Assembly (NCBI GenBank): GCA_964291215.2
Contig: OZ219790.1
Coordinates: 2,304,001-2,368,000, forward strand
Source: Alphaproteobacteria bacterium
GTDB taxonomy: Bacteria > Pseudomonadota > Alphaproteobacteria > MPNO01 > UBA830
Direction of reading: 5' to 3'
Length of the DNA: 64,000 nt
In this document: positions 53,308-62,823 of the stretch, piece by piece
Position numbering within the stretch: the stretch's first letter is position 1
How the letters are laid out: every line of letters begins with the position of its first letter
Notes under the pieces: generated by a model
The model's input: the letters and a program-made list of their open reading frames with translations, nothing else
Told to the model about the DNA's origin: nothing
The model's database searches: none
Translations under genes and position numbers: made by a program

Positions 53308-54445
53308 CGCGGGCCTCTTCACGGGACATCCGGCCCGTCATCGGGGCCGGCGGACCGGCCAGGATCACGATCACCTCGCTGTCGCGCGGAATGCGTATCG
53401 TGGGCCCCTTGGGCGCGGTCTCGAAAAGAACCTCGCCGAGCGCACCGAGCGCGGTCGCGGCCCCCTCGCGGGCAGCGGCGCGGGCGGTGGCGGCGCGCCT
53501 CTCGTAAATCACGCCGTCGTCGCCGAGGTGCACCATCCGCGCCGGCCGGCCGGCGGCGGCGAGAAAACCCTCGGCAAAGCGGACGGCCGCCGGAAGCAGC
53601 ACACGCGACAGGAAATGCGGCTCGACCTCGCCGGCGATGCCGTAGCAGGCGCAGTCCGGCCCGACGCCCCAGGCGTCGATCGCGTAGCGCCGCCCGCGGT
53701 AGCGCATTTCGCGGAGACGAAGCGCGAGACGGTCGCGGACGATCGAAAACTCTCCCGTGACGACAGCGCCGACAAGCGGCGGCTCCAGTATCTCGACAAA
53801 GACCGGGCCGGACACGCTGGATTCCACCGCATACATCGTGCGCGCATAGAAGCCCCTGCCGGCGCCAAGGCCGGCAACGACATCGGGCCGGCGGCCGCCA
53901 GCGGCGGTTTCGGGTACGGCGTCAACCGCGCTCCCCCCGCCCGCAGCCGCCGGGTAGCGTACGTGAACGATTTCCGGAACCCGGCTCCACGATTCGAGAA
54001 GCACGCCAAGGAGTTCCGAGAGCCGGTCGCCGCCGGAGTGCGGGGCAAGGCCATCGACATGCTCGTATGAAGGCTCCGGCACCCGAAGGCGGACCGGCGG
54101 CGCGGGTGACGGGAGCACAGGCCTGGTCGCAGGCCTGGCCGGTGCGGGCGGCGCAGTGCGGGGCTGCGTCCCGGAGGCGGGCGGCGCGAGCGGCGCGCGG
54201 CCGTCTCCCTGCAGAACGGGAACATAGGAGTCGCCCCTGTCGCGCGCGCCGCTCAGCCTCTCGAAATCCCGCGCGTCAAGCGTTTCGCGGTATGCGGGTG
54301 GCACCGGATCGTCGGGATTGAGCTTCACGCCACGATTGTCCGGCACCTGCGCATGTCCGGCCAGCGTCGCGAACTGGGCGAAGGCCAGCGCGCAACCGGC
54401 CGCCAGCGGCAGGCTCCGCCGCGCGGGACGCACGTTATCTGGCAT
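53294..54445 (-). CDS. dotG: DotG/IcmE (TraO, VirB10-like) protein, short form
   Basis: N-terminal hydrophobic anchor, Pro-rich linker, C-terminal AVESSVSGPVFVEI...GEVEPHFLSRVLLPAA..F..G...PTIRIP. Confidence 0.75.
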   Translation of the reverse strand: MPDNVRPARRSLPLAAGCALAFAQFATLAGHAQVPDNRGVKLNPDDPVPPAYRETLDARDFERLSGARDRGDSYVPVLQGDGRAPLAPPASGTQPRTAPPAPARPATRPVLPSPAPPVRLRVPEPSYEHVDGLAPHSGGDRLSELLGVLLESWSRVPEIVHVRYPAAAGGGSAVDAVPETAAGGRRPDVVAGLGAGRGFYARTMYAVESSVSGPVFVEILEPPLVGAVVTGEFSIVRDRLALRLREMRYRGRRYAIDAWGVGPDCACYGIAGEVEPHFLSRVLLPAAVRFAEGFLAAAGRPARMVHLGDDGVIYERRAATARAAAREGAATALGALGEVLFETAPKGPTIRIPRDSEVIVILAGPPAPMTGRMSREEARDGGK

Positions 54446-55409
54446 CGCCGGCCCCGTTGCTTCCGCCGGCCCTGCGAAACGCCAGCCGCGTCTCCCGCCC
54501 GTCCAGGGTTGCGAGCGCAAAGGGCGTGTCGGGAAGGCGGTAGACCCAACGGTGGCCGGAACGTTCCGCCGCCCAGGGGCCGGGCGAGAGCACGACGAGC
54601 GGCGTGATCAGGAGGAGTTCATCCCCCAACCGCCAGGCGCGGTCGCTGCCGCTGCCGCCGGTGATCGTCAGGCTTTCCGCCCCCGGGGGAACGGTTCCCG
54701 AGAGCAGTCCGGCAAGATGCGGATCGCCGGCCCGACGTATTTCCGGACGGGTCAGAGCCGCCGGATCGGCGTTCGGTCCGGCTCGCTCAAGGCGGATGTC
54801 GACACGAAAATCCGCGTTTTCGCCGTCATCGCCGAGCGTCATGACGAGCGGATTCTCCAACCCCGCGAGCTTGACCACGGCATTGCCGTGCAGCCATGGC
54901 TGGCGGGGCGCCACATAGAGGAGGTGGCTGCCGCGGACGGTGTCAGCACTGTCGTCGGCGGGCAGAAAGCGGCGGTCGAGCAGAACCTCCTCTATCGGCC
55001 ACGGCGCCCCGGTGATGTCGGTGAAGGAAATCGCCGTCGTGTAGCCGCGCCGAACCGATATGGCGGGAATGTCCGGCGCGGCCCCGGAAGCGGCCCGTAT
55101 GCGGCGCATGCGGCCGGCCGGTGGAACGCTGTCGCCGCGCGCGGTTGCCCGGCGCGTCTGGTCGACAAGGCGCGCGATCATCTCGAGCTGCGCCTGGGTG
55201 AACGGCATCGCGGCACGCGCCCGGCGCGCCACGTCACGTTCGGAAGCCGCGTCTTGCGGCCAGACATCGGGATCCGCGGAACCGGCGGCGCGGGGCGAAG
55301 GTGACGCAGCCTGTTCCGCCGCCGTCTGCGACATGACGGGCAGGGCCGACATCGTCGACACGACCATGGCAGCGAGCAGGGGAACGACTGGCCGGAGCGG
55401 ATGGATCAC
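54435..55409 (-). CDS. dotH: DotH/IcmK (TraN) core-complex protein
   Basis: Signal peptide; GYTTAISFTDITGAPWPI, GNAVVKLAGLENP, DFRVDIR..GPNA, LSPGPW. Confidence 0.85.
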   Translation of the reverse strand: MIHPLRPVVPLLAAMVVSTMSALPVMSQTAAEQAASPSPRAAGSADPDVWPQDAASERDVARRARAAMPFTQAQLEMIARLVDQTRRATARGDSVPPAGRMRRIRAASGAAPDIPAISVRRGYTTAISFTDITGAPWPIEEVLLDRRFLPADDSADTVRGSHLLYVAPRQPWLHGNAVVKLAGLENPLVMTLGDDGENADFRVDIRLERAGPNADPAALTRPEIRRAGDPHLAGLLSGTVPPGAESLTITGGSGSDRAWRLGDELLLITPLVVLSPGPWAAERSGHRWVYRLPDTPFALATLDGRETRLAFRRAGGSNGAGDAR

Positions 55410-56050
55410 CGGCGCTTTCCCTCCCTGGTCGCGATCAGTTGCGCGATTCCGATGCCCGCAGGACGTTCGGACAGCGGGACGCGGACAACGAGCGCCTGGG
55501 CGATCAGGCTCCGGCTGACCGTGCGGGCGCCGGCGGCGAAGGTCACCAGCATCGGAAACTCGACCGCCCATCCGAGCCGGCCCTCGAACCGGCGCATGTC
55601 GGTGACCACCGGCGCGCCACGGGCAACGGCTGACGCGACCTGGTGATTGTCGCGAAGGCGCTCGAGAAACAGGCTGTCCCGGAGACCGCCGAGGAACGAT
55701 TCGTATCCGGCGTCGGTGAACCTGTCGCGCAGGTTCGACAGCCTGAGGCGCCAGTCGTGATGGCCGAGGGTGAACGCCTCGGTAACGGTCGATACGGTCC
55801 AGTTCCTGAGAGCCGCGTCGCTCATGACCGGCTCGTCCAGCGGCGTCAGCGGAATCAATCGGCCGTCGCCAGTCGCGGCGACCGTGACGTAGACCGTGGA
55901 ATGAAGGTGGATGTAGGCGGCGAGCGCCGCCGCCGTCAGCGTGTTGCACGCCAGCAGCCAGGCTGCCGCCCGCCGCCAGCCGTGATGCTGGTCGCGGTGG
56001 AACGCGAACCGGTCGACGGCCCGCCGAACCGCGAGCGACGCGGCGCTCAC
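55406..56050 (-). CDS. dotI: DotI/IcmL (TraM, VirB8-like) protein
   Basis: One TM, then ATGDGRLIPLTPLDEP, FTDAGYESFL, WAVEFPMLVTF; GTGA overlap with dotH. Confidence 0.88.
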   Translation of the reverse strand: MSAASLAVRRAVDRFAFHRDQHHGWRRAAAWLLACNTLTAAALAAYIHLHSTVYVTVAATGDGRLIPLTPLDEPVMSDAALRNWTVSTVTEAFTLGHHDWRLRLSNLRDRFTDAGYESFLGGLRDSLFLERLRDNHQVASAVARGAPVVTDMRRFEGRLGWAVEFPMLVTFAAGARTVSRSLIAQALVVRVPLSERPAGIGIAQLIATREGKRR

Positions 56051-56117
56051 GAACCGGTCGCCCCGGAGACGCGGGCGTCATGTGCTGCAGCGTGAGAGTA
56101 TGCGGACATGATTCTTA

Positions 56118-56132
56118 GAACATAAAGTGAAC
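56118..56132 (-). promoter_or_regulatory. Alphaproteobacterial LexA (SOS) box
   Basis: GAAC-ATAAAGT-GAAC (minus strand GTTCACTTTATGTTC) in an AT-rich patch about 70 bp upstream of dotI. Confidence 0.75.
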
Positions 56133-56402
56133 ATCTGCGTCCGGACAGGTACCGTCTGACGCGGATTTCCTGCAGCTGACGGTTTGCGGGCGGCCGGGAT
56201 CGCCAACCCTTCCGGCGCCGGGAGGAACGCCCCCCTCGAAGCCCTCGGGGGCGCCGGTTTCAGCTACCGGCGCAGGGAGTTATGCGCGGAAGTCGCATCC
56301 AGAACCGCCGGAGACGGCGCCCTTCCGGGATATCGTCATGCCGGCAGGGCCCCACCGGATACGGGTAACGGCGCGACATGCGACGGCGCTGCCGGGACCG
56401 GT

Positions 56403-58223
56403 TCACCGGACCGGCGGCGGAGCGGCTCTCACGCGGTTGCGTTCCTTCCACCGCTCGCGCCATGCCGCCTCAAGCGTCTCGAGGTCGAGGTCCGCGAACT
56501 CAAGCAGGAACTTGTGGACCCCGCGGCGCCTGCCCCTGCCCGGGTGCAGATTGATCAGGAACGGGCTGTAGGCAACGATCACGGCCGCCTGGTTTCTGGA
56601 AAAACCGCAATCCAGCAACGCGCCGTAGAGAACGTTGCTGGCAATTTCCTCGCCGTTGGCCGCGATGGTCTTGAGAACCGCTATATCCATACGGTCCAGG
56701 GCGTCGAAATCGGGACCGGGGTTTTTCGATATGAGATCGCCGTCTATAGAAAACAGGCCCGAGCGCGTAGCGACGCCTTCGAGCACCGGGATCGGTATTG
56801 CCTCCCTGACCGACTTGTGCTTCGACATCGCCTGGACGATATTGGCCTTGGAAATGCGCAGCGAAACCGTAAACAGCTTGCACAGGCAGGACAGGATCGG
56901 GTTGCCCGTCTTGCGGAAACTCGCAACCGGCAGGCGGGGCCGGTTCCAGACATAGCGTCCGGCGTCATCAAGAAACTCGAGACGGGGATCAAGGTCGACG
57001 ATGAGCCTGACGAGATCCTCGTCGCAGCCGAGCGCCGCGCACGCCGCAGCCGTCTCGATATAGGCCCAACCACGCACGAGATCGCGAAGCCCCCTGTGGA
57101 CATCGCGGACGGCAAGGTTGTCGCCGGCGGCAACCACGTCGCGGTTGCCGAAGGAGAGAAGGCTGAAGGGAAATTCCAGCGCGAACAGCTCGGATGCCAG
57201 CTGCAGAGCGCGATACCCCCTCCGCGGGCCGAAGGCGGCCTCGGCGCCGTCATACCCGAACAGGGCCAGGAACGCCTCTTCCGCAAGCACGCGCGACCCC
57301 TTCGCGGCCTCGACCGCCGGCTGCCAGCGGGTGAAGCACACCCTGGATCGCTTGCGGACGAGCTTTTCCCTGGCCGAGAAGACGATCTGCTCGACCCGCG
57401 CCCTGGTTACGGATCCCCCGAAACCGTACTGCTGTCCGTTGACACCGATCTGTCGCAACGTGACGGGGCTTCCGCCGTCCAGCTGGTGGTAAGCGACCAC
57501 GGTCATGTACCTGTTGGGCCACTTGCGGAGGATCCGGGCCGTTATCAGAAGCAGTTCGTCCCGAAAGGACTCGGCTTTCCCGGCGCGTATCTCCGGACCC
57601 CAGGCCGGCGCAACGATGCCGGCCTGCCGGCCTGCCCAGTCCGGCGACCATCCCTCGGCCTTGACGCCAAGCCGCAGGCCGAAGGCCTCGAGCATCCGCC
57701 TGACTTCCCCCAGCGAACTGTCGCCGAACTTCGGAATCCGCCGCAACTCCACCTCGTTCCTCTGCACGAGATCACCGATGAACCTGATGCCGGCATAGAG
57801 AAGGCAATTGGTCGATCGGACCGAGAGATCCAGATCCTTGATCTTCACGGAATAGAGCCGAAGAAGCCCGTTCGAGTCCTTCGGATCCGCGGAGCCAGGA
57901 GCCGGGGGCGCGTCTCCGGCGCCATGGCCGGCGGCAACAAGGGCTTCGAGTCGGCGGTCTTCGGCATCCTCGGCGGACCAGCCGCCGATCTTCATTTCCA
58001 GGCTCAGCTCCATGCCGGCGAGCTTTCTCCTGACCTCTTCAAGCGATCTCCGGCCGAAATCCTCGCCAAGCAGCATGTCCTCTTCGGCCTTCTGCACCAG
58101 ATCGCCGATGTGGACGATATCGTTGCGCCGCATGTAATCGGCGGATCGGGACGAGAGGCCGAGGCCCTGAACCCCGAACAGCAGCCACCGATCAAGCTCT
58201 CGCGCCCTTGCGTCATCAGCCAT
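56403..58223 (-). CDS. Tandem RNAP alpha-CTD plus sigma70 region-4-like protein
   Basis: Two alphaCTD repeats (LGLSSRSADYM..IGDLVQK..FGRRSLEEV; LDLSVRSTNCL..IGDLVQR..PKFGDSSLGEV), then TLRQIG...VTRARVEQI. Confidence 0.75.
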   Translation of the reverse strand: MADDARARELDRWLLFGVQGLGLSSRSADYMRRNDIVHIGDLVQKAEEDMLLGEDFGRRSLEEVRRKLAGMELSLEMKIGGWSAEDAEDRRLEALVAAGHGAGDAPPAPGSADPKDSNGLLRLYSVKIKDLDLSVRSTNCLLYAGIRFIGDLVQRNEVELRRIPKFGDSSLGEVRRMLEAFGLRLGVKAEGWSPDWAGRQAGIVAPAWGPEIRAGKAESFRDELLLITARILRKWPNRYMTVVAYHQLDGGSPVTLRQIGVNGQQYGFGGSVTRARVEQIVFSAREKLVRKRSRVCFTRWQPAVEAAKGSRVLAEEAFLALFGYDGAEAAFGPRRGYRALQLASELFALEFPFSLLSFGNRDVVAAGDNLAVRDVHRGLRDLVRGWAYIETAAACAALGCDEDLVRLIVDLDPRLEFLDDAGRYVWNRPRLPVASFRKTGNPILSCLCKLFTVSLRISKANIVQAMSKHKSVREAIPIPVLEGVATRSGLFSIDGDLISKNPGPDFDALDRMDIAVLKTIAANGEEIASNVLYGALLDCGFSRNQAAVIVAYSPFLINLHPGRGRRRGVHKFLLEFADLDLETLEAAWRERWKERNRVRAAPPPVR

Positions 58224-58678
58224 GACTGCTCTCGCGCCTTGCATCCGGCCCGGCCGGCATGCCGATAGCGACATGACGCAACCGGGGCGCCGCTAGCCGG
58301 CCAAAGACGGCAGTCCGGTTTCCGCTCATGTGAAACCGCGATTCCTTCGGGAAGGAGCGGCGCGGCCCCAGCCTGCCAGCAGGCAGGCAACATCTGCATC
58401 TTGACGCAACCGGTTCCCGGTCATCCAGTGCCTCGTCGCAAAATCCACAGTCTTGACCACAGGATATCGACGGGTTTTTCCACAAAACCGCCCGCCTCCG
58501 GCGCTTGTGTGGTCGTGGGCCGATGAACATCCCGGGCGGCCCGGCAGCGTTCGGCGTTTCGGCCGGCAGCAGCCCCGGAAAGCCGAAGGGTTCGTGCGCC
58601 GGAGTACGGCGCAGCTGCCGGGCGCGGATTTCTGTTACAGTCCGGGGTGAGACCGCAACCGGCAGCGAGGGCGCAGGC

Positions 58679-59629
58679 ATGGACCGTTCGGGCCGCATCG
58701 ACGTTCATCATCACGTACTTCCCGATTTCTACATCGCGGCCCAGCGCGCGGCCGGAATCACCGGCTCGGCGTATCGGGGATTTCCGGAATGGACGGCGGA
58801 GAAGAGCCTCGCGCTGATGGAAACCCGCGGGATCGACACCGCGGTCCTTTCCTTTACCTCGCCGGGGATATGGTTCGGCGACATCGCCGAGACCAGGGAC
58901 CTGGCGCGAAAATGCAACGACTTTCTCAGCGACCTCGCACACCGGCATCCCGGAAGGTTTGGCGGGTTCGGTTTCCTCCCCCTGCCGGACATTGATGCGG
59001 CGATCGTCGAAACCGCCCGGGTTCACGACGACCTCGGACTCGACGGGATCACGCTGCTGACCAGCGTCGACGACCGCTATGTCGGCCATCCGGATTTCGA
59101 GCCGCTCTATGCCGAACTGGACCGCAGGAACGCCATCGTGTTCATCCACCCCTGCTATCCGCCGGGCACCGAAGCACATGGCTGGGACATTCCGCGCATG
59201 CTCATCGACTATCCGTTCGAGACGACCAGGGTCGCGGTGAACCTGATCCTGAAGGGGGTCGTCCGGCGCTGGCCGAACATACGCTTCATCCTCTCGCACA
59301 GCGGCGGCACGCTGCCGTTCCTCGCCCACCGGATAGCGGTGTTCGACAACATGACATCATTCAGCGACAACTATCCGGAAGGTGCCATGGCCTGCATTCG
59401 CCGCTTCTGGTTCGATACGGCGCTGTCGGGCGACGCGCTGCCGCTTGCGGCGCTGCACGCAGCCGCCGATCCGTCGCGCATCCTGTTCGGCAGCGACTAC
59501 CCGTACATCTCGGAAGACAAGGTGGCGGCGGAAACCGCCGGTCTCGACCGCTGGGACGGGATGACGGCCGAACGGCGCCTCGCGATCGACCGTGCAAATG
59601 CCGCGGCGCTGATGCCCCGCCATCGCTGA
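58679..59629 (+). CDS. Amidohydrolase_2 family (aromatic decarboxylase/ACMSD-like)
   Basis: IDVHHH, VFIHP, DYPFETTR, LSHSGGTLP, FGSDYPY. Confidence 0.88.
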   Translation: MDRSGRIDVHHHVLPDFYIAAQRAAGITGSAYRGFPEWTAEKSLALMETRGIDTAVLSFTSPGIWFGDIAETRDLARKCNDFLSDLAHRHPGRFGGFGFLPLPDIDAAIVETARVHDDLGLDGITLLTSVDDRYVGHPDFEPLYAELDRRNAIVFIHPCYPPGTEAHGWDIPRMLIDYPFETTRVAVNLILKGVVRRWPNIRFILSHSGGTLPFLAHRIAVFDNMTSFSDNYPEGAMACIRRFWFDTALSGDALPLAALHAAADPSRILFGSDYPYISEDKVAAETAGLDRWDGMTAERRLAIDRANAAALMPRHR

Positions 59630-59660
59630 GGTGCGGGGCGCCTCCGACCCCCTTCTGCCG

Positions 59661-61187
59661 TTATTCTGCGGCCCCGGCCTCCTCCCGCGGAACCAGCATG
59701 TCGTACCACGGCTTGTTCTCGCGGGTCCGTGCGTCGTCGACGTGAAGCGCCTTCACCTCGGTGTACTCGTTCAGGCCCTCCTCGCCGAACTCGCGGCCGA
59801 TGCCGGACTGCTTGTAACCGCCGAACGGCATGCGCTCGGACAGCAGGTGCCAGTCATTGATCCAGACGGTTCCCGTCCGCAGCCTGCCTGCGACCGTCCT
59901 CGCGCGGTCGATGTCCTCGGACCAGACGCCGCCACCGAGCCCGAAGATCGAATCATTGGCGATCGCGACCGCCTCGTCCTCGCTGCTGTACTTCATGACG
60001 CAGAGAACGGGCCCGAAAATCTCCTCCCGGGCGATCGTCATGTCGTTGGTAACGCCGGTGAACACGGTCGGCTTCACGAACGCGCCCTTGGCGAGATCGC
60101 CATCCGTAGCCTGCTCGCCGCCGCAGGCGAGGGTCGCTCCTTCGGCCTTGCCCTTTTCGATATAGTCGAGAACGGTCCGCATGTGGTTTTGCGACACCAC
60201 CGGCCCGACCTTGGTCGCGGGATCGAGCGGATCCCCCATTGGCAAACCTTCGAGCCGGGCCACCAGCCTGGCGACGAAGTCGTCATGCTGGTCGGCCGGG
60301 AGCAGCAGCCGTGTTCCCGATTCACAGACCTGTCCCTGATGGTAGAAGGAGGCGAAGATCGAGCCGTCGACGGCAATGTCCCAGTTGGCATCGTGGAGAA
60401 CGATGTTGGCCGACTTGCCGCCACATTCGAGCGTCACCTTCTTCAGGGTGCCCGAGGCCTTGGCCATGATCTCGCGGCCGACCTCGGTCGATCCCGTGAA
60501 GGCGACCTTGTCGACATCCGGGCTGGTGGTCATGACCTCGCCGATGAGGCCGCCTGGCCCGGTGATGATGTTGACGACCCCCTCCGGAAACCCGCATTGG
60601 TCGACAATGCGCGCGAGCTCCATGGCCGACAGCGGCGTATCGGTGGCCGGCTTGAGGACGATCGTATTTCCGGTGGCGAGCGCCGGGCCGAGTTTCCACA
60701 CCGCCATCATCAGCGGGAAGTTCCACGGAATGATCGACGCGCACACACCGATCGGTTCCCGAATCGTGTAGTTGTAAGAGCGGCCGGGCCGCGACATGCC
60801 CTCGATCTCGCGGGGTTCGGCGTTGTACTTCTTCGCCATCTCGCCGAAATACCCCATCTGACGCTGGGCGAGATAGGCATCGGCGCCGGTCTTGGCGATG
60901 GTGCCGCCGGAATCGACGGACTCGATCCGCGCCAGATCCTTCTGGCGCTCCTTCATCTTGGCCGACAGCGCGGCAATGATCTCGCAGCGCTCCTCGCCCG
61001 ACATGTGCGGCCACGGACCCTCGTCGAAGGCCTTGCGCGCAGCGGCGATCGCAGCGAGCGCGTCGCCTTCACCAGCCACCGGAATCATGGCGACAGGCTC
61101 GCCGTTGAAGGGGTTGACGGTCGGCTTCGCTGCACCATCCGCGGCGTCGACAAACTCGCCGCCGATATAGAGCTGATAGGTATCCAT
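59661..61187 (-). CDS. Aldehyde dehydrogenase
   Basis: IPWNFP, FTGSTEVG, LECGGKS, GQVCESG, EEIFGPV, PFGGYKQSGIGRE. Confidence 0.95.
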   Translation of the reverse strand: MDTYQLYIGGEFVDAADGAAKPTVNPFNGEPVAMIPVAGEGDALAAIAAARKAFDEGPWPHMSGEERCEIIAALSAKMKERQKDLARIESVDSGGTIAKTGADAYLAQRQMGYFGEMAKKYNAEPREIEGMSRPGRSYNYTIREPIGVCASIIPWNFPLMMAVWKLGPALATGNTIVLKPATDTPLSAMELARIVDQCGFPEGVVNIITGPGGLIGEVMTTSPDVDKVAFTGSTEVGREIMAKASGTLKKVTLECGGKSANIVLHDANWDIAVDGSIFASFYHQGQVCESGTRLLLPADQHDDFVARLVARLEGLPMGDPLDPATKVGPVVSQNHMRTVLDYIEKGKAEGATLACGGEQATDGDLAKGAFVKPTVFTGVTNDMTIAREEIFGPVLCVMKYSSEDEAVAIANDSIFGLGGGVWSEDIDRARTVAGRLRTGTVWINDWHLLSERMPFGGYKQSGIGREFGEEGLNEYTEVKALHVDDARTRENKPWYDMLVPREEAGAAE

Positions 61188-61390
61188 GAACTGTTCCCGT
61201 GGGTTGTCGACGGCGCATGCCCCGCGCAGCCGTGGCTGGAGTACCGGCAACCTATCGCAACAGCCGGCGGCCGTCCAGCAGAAGGGCGCCCCGCGCGGGT
61301 CCGGACGCCGCTCCCGAAGAGCCGTGCGGGCGGTGCCCGGCCAGCCGCAACGGATCTGCCCTCGCGGGCACCGCGCCCCTGCAGGACTGC

Positions 61391-62770
61391 TCAGCGAAAC
61401 CGCCTTTCGATGCACTCGAACACGGCGCGCAGGCCCTGCGCGTCGCCGCCGACAGGGCGCCCGGGCCGCCCGGACTGGTTCCACGCCATGAGATCGAGAT
61501 GGGCCCAGGGCGTGCCGGGATCGACGAACTCCTCGAGATAGAGGGCGGCCGTGATCGCGCCGGCGAAACCGCCCTCGGAGACGTTCGAGATATCGGCCAC
61601 CCTGCTGTCGAGAAGCCGCCGGTAGGGTTTCCACAGCGGCAGCCGCCACAGCGGATCCTCGACCTCCCCGCCCGCCTCCAGGAGGGCTTCGGCAAGCGTG
61701 TCGTCATTGCAGAACAGCGCCGGCAGCTCCGCGCCGAGTGCGATCCGCGCGGCGCCGGTCAGGGTCGCGAAATCGACGATCAGATCGGGCTTTTCGCGGT
61801 CCGCCTCCGAGAGAGCATCGCACAGGATGAGGCGGCCCTCGGCGTCGGTGTTCCCGACTTCGACGGTGATGCCCTTGCGCGTGCGGATCACGTCGAGCGG
61901 GCGAACGGCATTGCCGGCGATGCTGTTCTCGACCGCCGGCACGAGCAGGCGCAGGCGGACGGGCACCTCGAGAGCCATGATCAGGTGAGCCAGCCCGAGC
62001 GCGTGGGCTCCGCCGGCCATGTCCTTCTTCATGCGCACCATGCCGGCCGCCGGCTTGATGTCGAGGCCGCCGGTGTCGAAGCAGACTCCCTTCCCGATCA
62101 CGGTGACCCTGGGATCGCCCGCACGCCCCCAGCGCAGATCGATAAGGCGCGGAGGATCGTCGCTGGCCCGCCCGACGGCGTGAACGGTCGGGTAGTTGTC
62201 GCGGAGAAGCGCGGCGCCGGCCGTGATCCGGACCCGAGCGCCGAACCGGCGGCCCAGTCGGCGCGCGGCGGCGGCGAGTTCGGACGGTCCCATGTCCTCC
62301 GCGGGGGTGTTGATCAGGTCGCGGACCAGCGAGACGGCAGTCACGACGGCGTCGGTGCGGTTCCGGTCGGCGCCGGCCGGCCAGACCAGAGTCGGCAGCT
62401 TCCCCTTTCCGGCGCTCCTGTAGCGCTCGAACCGGTAGCCGCCGAGGGCCCAGCCTGTCGCCGCCGCGGTGGCCGCCGCCGCATCCATGCGAGCATCAAT
62501 GCGGTAGCTGCCGGCAGGCAGGCAGCCCGGCAACCCGGCATAGCTCCACAGGCCGTCATGACGCTCCACGCCTGCAAGCACCCGCGCGAGCCGCCCGTCG
62601 GGGCCGGCGACGAGGCTGATCTTGCCCGGCGCGGCCTCGAACCCCGCCGTGTTCACCCATTGCCGGACCGCGTCCGGCTCGCCGGCCAGCCAGGCCTCGA
62701 ATACCGCAGTCTCAACCGGCGTGATGGGGACGGTACGGGCAGTAGCCCTCGCAGTCAGGGACGCGGTCAC
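61391..62770 (-). CDS. M17 leucyl aminopeptidase-family protein
   Basis: IGKGVCFDTGG, MKKDMAG, NTDAEGRL, ATLTGA. Confidence 0.95.
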   Translation of the reverse strand: MTASLTARATARTVPITPVETAVFEAWLAGEPDAVRQWVNTAGFEAAPGKISLVAGPDGRLARVLAGVERHDGLWSYAGLPGCLPAGSYRIDARMDAAAATAAATGWALGGYRFERYRSAGKGKLPTLVWPAGADRNRTDAVVTAVSLVRDLINTPAEDMGPSELAAAARRLGRRFGARVRITAGAALLRDNYPTVHAVGRASDDPPRLIDLRWGRAGDPRVTVIGKGVCFDTGGLDIKPAAGMVRMKKDMAGGAHALGLAHLIMALEVPVRLRLLVPAVENSIAGNAVRPLDVIRTRKGITVEVGNTDAEGRLILCDALSEADREKPDLIVDFATLTGAARIALGAELPALFCNDDTLAEALLEAGGEVEDPLWRLPLWKPYRRLLDSRVADISNVSEGGFAGAITAALYLEEFVDPGTPWAHLDLMAWNQSGRPGRPVGGDAQGLRAVFECIERRFR

Positions 62771-62823
62771 GGGTTTCTCCTGTACAGGTTCCGGGGCGGC
62801 GCCGAAGGCGCCGCATCCCGCGG

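Noticed and set aside
56403-58223. alphaCTD protein as rpoA
   Set aside because: No alpha N-terminal assembly domain, the CTD is duplicated, and it is not in an rpsM-rpsK-rplQ context
56184-61541. Long opposite-strand ORFs (56184..58268 +, 59631..61541 +; likewise 7643..9592 -, 34187..36427 -, 46052..48073 +)
   Set aside because: Antisense shadows of real genes, expected at high GC, with no recognisable motifs
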